45,174 bases of DNA from Atractiella rhizophila (taxonomy: Eukaryota). The DNA lies in assembly GCA_021432655.1 (NCBI GenBank), contig MU271554.1:1-45174 (forward strand). The letters are read 5' to 3'. The notes under the pieces are model-generated. The model was not told the DNA's origin and made no database searches. It worked only from the letters and a program-made list of their open reading frames with translations. Numbering within the stretch: position 1 is the stretch's first letter; each line of letters begins with the position of its first letter. Positions 36,488-45,174 of the stretch are shown here, piece after piece. The position numbers were made by a program, and so were the translations under genes.

Positions 36488-37147
36488 CCAATACTAGTTT
36501 CTTTGCTTCCGAACGGAACCGACATTAGGACTGTGTGGAGAGAAGTTTCAATTTCAAAGCCGTTTAGCGTTAAAAATGTAATGTAACAACGACAAAATGC
36601 AGTAGATTGACAAGATCATGAGCAACGAAACTATTGAAGGATCGTAAGTGTTAACTCAAACTAAGACAGAGTTTCTAACAGAACCAGGGCAGAAAACCAA
36701 ATTGATCAGTTATGTTTAGTGTTTAGGCTTCGGAATACAGATCCTAGGGATGAAAGAGAAGAAACGAAATCAGAACCTTGATCTGAATATGACCCATGGC
36801 TTTACAACGAAGGGACGAACAAAGAGAAAGAGGGTGGGTGGTGTTGAATTTCGCAAATTCGATTCGGACAATTTATACATTGCAATCTTGGAGAGTGCAT
36901 TGTGCATAGAGGTGAAGGAAGAGAAAGACTCGAAGCATGAGGACTGCAACCCAAATATATCCACCTATGGTCTGCGGAAGACCAACACTCTGCTCGGAAA
37001 TCAGGCAGCATTGCCAGAGTGGTTCGATTTGATCCTGAACTGAAGGATGCAGAGAAAACAGAGGTGGAAGACAATGGATTGCGCCGTTTATATTCCCATT
37101 TTGGCTCGTGAGAGCTGTTCCTCCTTCCCAAGCAAAGACTCCTATCG

Positions 37148-38443
37148 TTACTGATTATGTTCCATCAACAACCGGACCTGCAACTCCCTGTACCCCATGA
37201 GCTTGATCTTGGTCTCCTTTATCATGTCTCCCAGCTTCGTCAGTGGATTCTCCGTCACCACAAGCTCTCGACAGATGTTTTTCCCCAATGCCACAACATG
37301 CAAGGTCTTCCATCTCCCTCTCCGCCTTTGGTCCAAAATTTTATCAAAAAAATACATAGCCATGTCGTAATACTTTCAAAACGCGGGTCGACCATGATCC
37401 CATAAGAGGCGAATCGGCTTTGCTCCCAAATGAACGCGTTGACTGGCGAGAGAGAGAAGTATGAGAGGATTCGAGCGGTTTCCATTTTGGGGTCGAAGGG
37501 AAAAGGGTTGATGAGTTCCAACTCTTCAAGCTGTGGAAGAAGACTAGGCGCATCAAGAGCTTCGTAATGTCGAACAAACTCTGCTTCCTCCATAGTTTCG
37601 TCGTAATCGTCGGGGTCAACATTGATGGGACCATGGATGTGAAGTCGTCTCAAACCTTTCCCGTTAATGCGGAGACACCTGTCGAGGGAGACGAAGGAAT
37701 GAAATCCGTCCCTGGATTCATTTGAGAGCGCGAGAAAGGAAAGATGGGGGAAAGGCAGAGGGGAATGGAGGAAGGGAAGTGAGTCCGATACCAGAGAGAC
37801 GACGCACGCAATTGATTGGAGGATATGCGGAATGGAATGAAAAAACTTTCGATTCGTAGAAAGACACCCTGAAATCAAGGACGATGTCCTCTCTTCGTGC
37901 GAGGAGTAGGTCATAAAATGTCGAAAAGACTCGAAAATTCGTTGACTTTCTCTCCAAAATTGCATTCGCATTGTATCAGATCTCTCAGCCCAATTGAAAT
38001 TTTCTCCAGTGCCATATCCATATATTTGATCCTCTCCACTAGTTGTGCACAATATTGCAAAAACGTTTTTCGCATGACCCGACCGGAAACTCGGTCGTGG
38101 AACACGCGCAGCTCTCAACCAGACTAGAGTCGATGTCGATATGGAATTTGATGTGCTTCTGTCCTTTTTCGGAATGGTTCTGGAAAGTAGTCGAAGCTCT
38201 TCGGCTCGGTTTTGCCTTTTGGGAAGCATCGAGGCCGCGAGATGTCCAGAGTGTGGAAGATGAAAGGGCTGACCATCGTGCGCGTGTTTCACGATCGCAT
38301 ACGCTGAAAGATATCAGATCCAAGATTCTTGGTTTACTGCTAGAGGCTAGGAAAGAGACGACAATGATGCGCAGCTCAACTGGAAGACCATGCCAGTTGA
38401 AAGAGGTGAGATTAGAGGGAAGGAGGGAGGTGTCGTCGGCCAT
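37148..38443 (-). pseudogene. F-box (plus LRR-like) gene with multiple frameshifts
   Basis: F-box-like start WHGLPVELRIIVVSFL...DLISFSVCDRETR. The natural continuation (MVSPFIFHTLDIS) and later segments (PHLSFLAL, GLRRLHIHG, LPQLEELEL, WKTLHVVAL) lie in different frames with no clear introns between them. Confidence 0.6.
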
Positions 38444-38948
38444 ATCTCCGTTCACGTCGTATGATTTGCCTTGATCTTCAAGCATAGAGTTAAGAGTAGT
38501 GTCTACGTGGTCCAATGATATCTGAGAACTGGTTGTATGCTCGCCTGAATCGCCTGGAAAATTAAGAATCAGTTGCAAGTAATGCGAGAGAACCCAAAAC
38601 CGTGCGGTATTGGTACACACAGCAAAGTATACTCTGAAAATCTTTGGAGATACCTATAGAGTTGAGTTTTCAACGACTGCTAGTGCTCTCCTGACGCTTC
38701 TCGCAATGTCCATCTGCAAATTATCACATGACCAGTTTTTGTTACGTAAGTTGTCACTAATTGTCATCATGTCCAACCCCACAACATCGAGGACAGGTCA
38801 CAAAGTCTACGTGATGCGCAATTGTTATCAGCAGTTATCTCATAACTGTCCCAAACTGTCCTAATTCCCCGTTCCCTTTGAGGTTCAGGTCCGGTTACTT
38901 CCACAGGGTTACTTCGGCTCAAGAGAGGGAGCGGTACCCGAGCCAACT

Positions 38949-38960
38949 ATAATATAAAAG
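38949..38960 (+). promoter_or_regulatory. Putative TATA element of the ABM gene
   Basis: ataatataaaag about 55 nt upstream of the ATG at 39010. Confidence 0.45.
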
Positions 38961-39009
38961 TTAACACTTCACTTCTTTGGGGTCACTCAAAACAAACAAA
39001 ATTAGCATT

Positions 39010-39477
39010 ATGGTATTGTGCGCTCTCCATTATTTACTGAAGAACTGTTTTGATTTTGTCCCAGCGTTGTAGTCGCTACACTTCGCGCTTCGTCACAGGA
39101 CAATGTAGACAAAATCAAATCGCTCCTTCTCGTCGCTGCTGAGATGTATGAGAAAGATCGTGAGACTATTGCGTGGCACTGTCTACAGGACGCTAAGGTG
39201 TGGCTGTCGATTGTTTCTTCACTTGGAAGAATGGTGCTGAAAGGAAATGCAAGGATCCGCTGAAGTTCACTATCGTCGAACGTTACCAAAACGGCACCAC
39301 AGCGCTCAAAGAGCACACTTCAAACCCCATGTTCAAGAGATTCAAGTTCGTTTTTATTGTCTCCAATAAAGCCGGTATCATTTCTCACGACGTTCCGGGG
39401 GAGAAAGTAAGGAAATCCGGTCGTTGGTTGAAGGTGGTGTCAAGTTGGAGATGCTTGACGAGCTGTCGAAGCTGTAG
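39010..39477 (+). CDS. Small ABM (antibiotic biosynthesis monooxygenase-like, dimeric alpha-beta barrel) protein, 100 aa
   Basis: Exons 39010-39017, 39065-39197, 39254-39345 and 39408-39477 (303 nt) give MVFVVVATLRASSQDNVDKIKSLLLVAAEMYEKDRETIAWHCLQDAKDPLKFTIVERYQNGTTALKEHTSNPMFKRFNKEIRSLVEGGVKLEMLDELSKL. The D-P-x-x-F-x-x-x-E-R-Y...H-x-x-x-P-x-F pattern is typical of ABM proteins. Confidence 0.85.
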
Positions 39478-39619
39478 TTGCGAATGCACTTCATCTTTGC
39501 AATGCATCTTGTTCGATAAAATCACCTGGCAATTACAGCGCAGAGCACCTTGGACCGCAGTCCGAAGCACCGTTGCGACATACGACCGAGTTTCTCTCAA
39601 GCTGACTGAGGGATTTATC

Positions 39620-41609
39620 ATGCGTTTCAATCTGCATTCTGGTTTCTTCCTAGCAGTTACCGTTGCCCTCCAAGTCCCCTTCCACTATCCTACCCAATCG
39701 AACTCACGGCCCCGCCTCGCTCATTCCGATGCAGCTCACCTCTTTTCCTCCGTACACTCCCTCCTCTCACAGTTGGGAAACACGCTCTACTCATCTGGAC
39801 ATTTCATCGTCCCCGGTGTCGTCCCGCGAGGGACTGTCCTGTTTCATGCTCGGAAAGACCTTTCGATTCCGAAGACCTTTGAATGGCTCGCCTTTGATGC
39901 GGAAATGTCTTATGGCATTATGGCAGGATTTGGAGAGGCTTATATGGTGTCTTATGTCGCGGAGAGGGACTTAAAAATCATCTACTTCGATGGTTTGAGT
40001 GCGAGTCTGGGGACAAGAGGATGGCAGGACAGCCAGGATGTTCTGGTCTATGGACGGGTTAGAAATGAGAGCGAGAGATTTCCTTGGGGCAGAAGTAAGC
40101 CGAAGGATGGAAAAGATGGCTCCGTAATGGAAGAGAAGCAAGAGGGAGGAGATGATGATGAGGGAACGACCGACCCGAGAGGACCGTGGTTCGATCCATT
40201 TGGCGAGTATGCGATGGCAAAAAGCTTGTGCGATTTGGGGAAGGAATGGGGATTTGAAGGCGTGGTCAGGTATGCGCAGAATCTCACAGGCAGGGGAAGT
40301 TGTGCTAATTTGGAATAGGACAAATGCTGGCTTTGAACTCTTGTGGTGCGACTTCACCAATGGGATCAGGTCTGTCCCCCTTACCGCTGAACCAAAGGAT
40401 GATCTCATTAGCTTAATTCAATAGGCTGCTTTCCCAAACTAATGTCACCGATCCTTCTCTCCTCTCCCAACCTTTCAACTTTCCGTTCCCTCCGCGACAC
40501 GATGAACCCCAAACAGTTCCACCTGCAGATGGTGACTCCGATTCTTCCCCCAAGCACCCAGAGCGCCCCAAGCGACCAAATCGGCCAGAACGTTATGGGC
40601 CTTACGGTCCTAGATGGCCTCTCAAACGCTCCGCCTTCTCTTCTTTGGCACATCTACAGTGGGCACGGTCTTCATCGTGGCATCTTCTGGCGCCAGGTGA
40701 ACATCGTGTTCAACTTGCACTGCCCTACGCGGTCACATTTTATGATCCTATGTTTCCTTCTTTATCGAAGTCAAGAATAGGAAAGGAAAGATGGCAATTT
40801 ACGCTTGCCGCACTAACTCCAGAGGAAGGGAAGGAGGTATCGAAACTGTTGCAAGAGAACTTGAAATCCTGGAACACAGGAGGAAGAAGAAGGGACGCAG
40901 TGGATTGGAGGGCGATTACGCAGACTGTGGTCCAACGCTTTGAAGGCGGATTAAAAGGCGTTGAATACGCTCTTAGGAACAAGGCTGTGGATGAAGCTGT
41001 AGCTATAGCGTATCATCTAGTCATGGCATTCATCGATACGAGTGGCTGGCCAACTGTCGCGCAAATTCATCCAAACGACACTCACTGGTCCGGCAACACC
41101 GAGAAGGGAAATGAATGGGTGGAAGACGCCTTACGCCTTTGTACTAGGGTCTACACTGATTTTGGAGAGAGTTGGGAAGGTGAAAGGACGGAACGACTTG
41201 TCAAAGATGCCGTGGAAGGTGCTCTTGGACAAATATGTCAGAATTGCATAGGGATCGTGCGCGAAGGTTATCAGTTCCTCAATGTGGACTCGAAATCAGG
41301 ACAGGGACTGGAGTCTATAGACAAGCGGAAATCAATTTTTTTCTCAACATGGATCGAACAGGTCGCAAACCTACGAAGTTGGTTAGGGTGGATCGATTAC
41401 GATGGCTGCAAAGGAGGGTGTGAACCAAATCAGTTTTGCGCTGTGGTGAGTCAATGCAATCTTATCATGCAAGTATTTTGTTCATGTGGTCCATCCAACA
41501 GCCTTTGTGGCCGATAACGTTTCGACCTCCAGAAGAAGAAGAAGAGCGACGACCCTCCCTCAAGGCTGAATGTATGGGAGATGCTAGGAAGCATGAACTT
41601 CGTCCATAG
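39620..41609 (+). CDS. Uncharacterised conserved fungal protein with a predicted signal peptide
   Basis: MRFNLHSGFFLAVTVALQVPF leader; HLFSSVHSLLSQLGNT, VPRGTVLFHA, EWLAFDAEMS, IYFDGLSA...DSQD, LCDLGKEWGFEGVVRTNAGFELLWCDF, VDWRAITQTVVQRF, LRSWLGW...C...C...FC...PLWP. Introns at about 40270-40318, 40370-40424 and 41446-41501. Confidence 0.85.
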
Positions 41610-43539
41610 AACTGACAGAAAACATGTCCCTTTGCGTTGTGTGTAGATTTGATTTGTGTCCAAGTGTACGCTTAATCTAGGTCGTAAAGCTGCAATATTC
41701 AATGACTTATATTAAGGAGAAAATCTCCAAGGGAATAATTTGCTTCAAGTCAAAGTTGTTCGTCCGCGAATAATCAATTTGGGATCAAGCATACATTAAA
41801 ATAATTATCTCGCGAATTTATGTCCCGAGTTGATGCATACTTTCACGACTCTAGTTCACAATCCTCATTTCACTAGTAGCTTGTGTGAATTGATTGAGAC
41901 ACAATACCAGTAATATTCATTTTTCATCGCAGAAGGATCAAGGTCTCAGTTCCCCCACGGCTTCAAGAAGGATTCGGAGAAGTCAGCTGACCACAAGCCT
42001 CCTTGACCGCTGCTTCCATTCAGTATGTGACGGAAACGGAATGGATGAGAAGTGCATACCGTGAAAGAGATTTGTTAAGGACATACTTGCTCACCCATGT
42101 TGATCAATTCTCGTCCCCTCCCACATTTCTCTGCCAATCTTTCAGCCACTTCATTTTCTTTTGCTTCCCCCTGCTCCTCCCTGACAGCTGAGGATGTTTG
42201 CCAGAACTGCCTCCGCCTTTCAGTCCAGCCCCATCTGTATCGTACACCTGTACCCTTGTGCGCTCTACAGGGCTTCAAAGGCGGGTCAACTTTCGGCGGC
42301 GTCTGTACTTACCACCGGCACTGCTGCCATGATACGAGACAATGAAACTGTGGTTCGATCCTTCTCGCGAGCTAAGCTGTCAGTTCCAATGACAAGTCGC
42401 TTCGCCGACCGACGAGAGTGAAGGATTGGTATGAATGCGGTTAATGTTTCACCTGGTTTATCCACCCGAAAAGCAGGTGTCCAACGATGAAAGAAAGTCG
42501 TTTGCCTTGTCCACACAAAGTACTTGAACCGAATATAGCGAGAATGTAGCCACTTAAGACATTTATACACATCACAACCTCAAGGCTGCCTCAGGACTCA
42601 ATAAATGACTTATCCTCCCTTCGGGATGTCTGACGGTATGTTGTGGATGACAGTGCTTATGGTAAAGAGAAGTCCCCGTGCTTGCGTTGGATTAGGAATG
42701 GAGGGCACGTTGACAAAGGTTCGAAAGGACACATGACGAGAAAGGGATGAGCGAAAATTTGGTCAAAGAGTGTCGCTGACTAGCCTGGCTATTCTCAACC
42801 GAGTTAGTAGATTTCTCCATTTCTCCTCCAGCAAAGGTCATCACCGCCAATATAGATCTCTTCTGCTAAGCAATAAAGTCTCTACTGCAGAGAAAGGGTC
42901 ATTTGACTGTAACAGACAAAGAGGGAAGAATGGCTGGCTACACCAAACGGTGCGCCTAAGAGGTTATTGGGAAGATGTCATGCTATCAGTCTACATTGTC
43001 CACCTACGGCATACTGATGCGCCATGCAGACTGTTGCAGACAATTGGTCGGCTCAATCACGGCTAACTTCATTTCATGGGCAACGATCTCCCTTACAGAC
43101 TTTCGCTGGCCCGAGTGAATTGCTACGCTACGCCGTGTCACACTCAAACCACAGAATTGTAACATCCTCTGCAAATCGACAAACTCACTTGGTGCTCTGG
43201 CAAAAGCAAAATTACATGTATGGACGCCTTATCACCTTCAAAACTTCCAGCACTCCGTCTAGCAACATGATGATATGACTGCCTGATGCTACACCTGATA
43301 CCACCAACGTGCCAGCAAGATATCGGAGGAGCTAGGGACGGATCGCTGACTAGTGACCGTTTCAAAATCGTTTCTGGCTGCGTTTCTGCCTCTTTCTGAG
43401 GTCTCGTCGATTTTTTTGAGGCTTTGGATTCAAAAAGGAGTGGTTGAGTACTTGAGTGATTACATCATAGGCACGTGGTTAATTTTGGTCACTCGAAAGT
43501 CGTGTCAGTCTCTCTCCCTTTGGCTGGGACTCGCCAGAA

Positions 43540-43547
43540 TATAAAAG
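43540..43547 (+). promoter_or_regulatory. Putative TATA box of the HAD phosphatase gene
   Basis: TATAAAAG about 120 nt upstream of the ATG at 43660. Confidence 0.5.
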
Positions 43548-43659
43548 GGCCTCTTCGAAGTTCGCGTATTCATCCCCACAACGCTCAATTAATATCGTCA
43601 TATAATCTGACTCTCGTTCTGTGATAGATTACACTCTTAGACTTCTAGATTATAACAAG

Positions 43660-44833
43660 ATGGCGAGAGATTCGGTACTCAGCAGAACCCAGGAAGCGCT
43701 CGATGCGAAAGGAGCAAAGGAAGTTTTGGATCTTCATGGATTACCTTACAAAGATGCCAAATTCATCGTCTTCTCTGATTTCGATGGTTCGTATCTATTT
43801 GGTCACTCCAATAGTTAACTTACAGGGATGTGATGGAATCAGGAACTATCACGACTGAAGACTCAAATGATCATCTCACCGACAACTTGGGAATGGGTGT
43901 CACACGGCGAAAAGCAATCGGCGCTGACATTCTTTCCGGCAAGACCACATTCCGAGATGGATTCAGGGAGGAGCTTGCAAGCGTTGCTACCAAATACTCT
44001 GTCGAAGAGTGTCGGCAGCGTGTAGTTTCTCGTGCGTATTTTCCTAGTGGTACAAGGGGATCAGTTGTTGAGAGTATTGTCAAGACATCAAGCTCGATCA
44101 GGGATTTAAGAGCTTCCATGAATACTGTGAATCGGAAAACATCCCTGTGGTCGTTGTATCTGGGTCCGTTTCCTCTGCCTCTCTTCAAGGGGACGTTTGG
44201 CTCATTGCAGCACGATGGGCAGTGGAATGGAGCCCTTTATCCGTGCCGAACTCGCCAACCTCTTCCCCGAAAAATCCTCTTCAATCCCAGTTATTTCGAA
44301 CAACATCGATTACGGCTCAAAAGGTACTGGAGAGAAGGGAACTTGGAGTATCAAATACCGGTTAGTCATTATGTTCCTCTCCAAGGATCAGACCTTCATA
44401 TTTCACAGTCATCCCGAAACCGGCTATGGTCACGACAAGTCCCTTGCAACCAAGCCGTACAAGGAGCTGAGGGAGAAAACTGGGAAGGGTCCATTCATGT
44501 TCTTCTGCGGAGATGGCGTTAGTGATCTCAGTGCTGGTGGGTTTCCTCCTGCTACCTTGAGAACGCTCTGTTGAATGAAACGCTTGTAGCTCGGGCAGCA
44601 GACGTCCTATTCGTCAAAGTTGTGAGCGGAGGAACGAACGACCTTTCGGTCCACTGTCAGAAGGAGGGGATCGATTATATCCCGTACGAATTCTCCGTTT
44701 TCCACCCCACAGACAATTCATCTGATGGAGGGGCAGGTTTGAGGACTTCAGCCAAGTCGAAGTTGTGGTCAGGGAGTACTTGGAAGGGAAGAGGCGGTTA
44801 CCCAATACACTATCCACCCAACTAAAGAACTGA
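43660..44833 (+). CDS. HAD-superfamily phosphatase, YNL010W/PYP1 (MtnX-like) family
   Basis: Motif I FSDFDGTITTEDSNDHLTDNLG; IKLDQGF; motif II VVVSGGM; HPETGYGHDKS; motif IV FCGDGVSDLSAARAADVLF. Multiple GT-AG introns; stop TGA at 44831-44833. Confidence 0.9.
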
Positions 44834-44931
44834 AAGGATCTCATGCAGAGTGAGGATCCAGACATGCAAAATAGATGTAAAATAGATATAGATGTGTATA
44901 TTCACTAACACATTCCCTTCATTGGCTATGC

Positions 44932-45174
44932 TCATTGCTGGAAATTTGCTGCGTTATACGTAGCTGCAGATGCTTCAGTACTAATATAATAGTAGCCGAA
45001 AGGAATCTCCCACTGACGTAGGGCAATCTATCCGCCACCGTCGAGTGGTCAGTGATTCAGAGCAGGTGACTCACCTCAGAATTCGTCGATTGATTCTTTC
45101 TTGCCATCCTCGTTTTTGGCCTTGCAAACAGGAGATCGAGCAATTTTCATCCTTGAGAAAGACTACCTAGACAA
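44932..45174 (-). CDS. Possible 3' end of a gene entering from the right edge
   Basis: On the minus strand, a GTGAGT...CTGAC...TAG intron-like segment at about 45028-45074 is followed by the open frame IALRQWEIPFGYYYISTEASAATYNAANFQQ*. No family recognised. Confidence 0.3.

Noticed and set aside
39200..39619. N-terminal extension of the 372-aa ORF
   Set aside because: Made up of ABM gene introns, exons and intergenic DNA. The signal-peptide start is at 39620.
41700..43500. Several short ORFs in a 1.8-kb intergenic region
   Set aside because: No recognisable motifs, repeats or consistent splice model.

Overview
Intron-rich fungal genomic DNA. The short introns (~45-60 nt), CTRAY branch points and protein styles suggest a basidiomycete (inference). 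Spliced by hand, the window holds: the 3' end of an unidentified gene, an NF-X1/FAP1-type zinc-finger R3H protein (+), SEC1 (+), a ROM2-type Rho GEF (-), lunapark LNP1 (+), a GYP2/MDR1-type GRAM-TBC-EF-hand Rab GAP (+), mitochondrial DNA polymerase gamma MIP1 (-), a frameshifted F-box gene (-), an uncharacterised secreted protein (+) and a PYP1/YNL010W-like HAD phosphatase (+). Three further genes are largely invisible in the ORF track because of microexons. One is a 15-exon secreted, atypical thaumatin-like protein fused to two CBM52-like Cys-rich modules (-). One is a 12-exon protein with two tandem Zn2Cys6 clusters that share intron positions (+). One is a 100-aa ABM-family protein (+). Three conserved genes each carry one unusually long early intron (543-770 nt). 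Five single-base frameshifts (four in homopolymers) and one garbled T-poor segment point to consensus errors. I recognised no tRNA, rRNA, CRISPR array or intact transposon. All gene models were made by eye, without databases.
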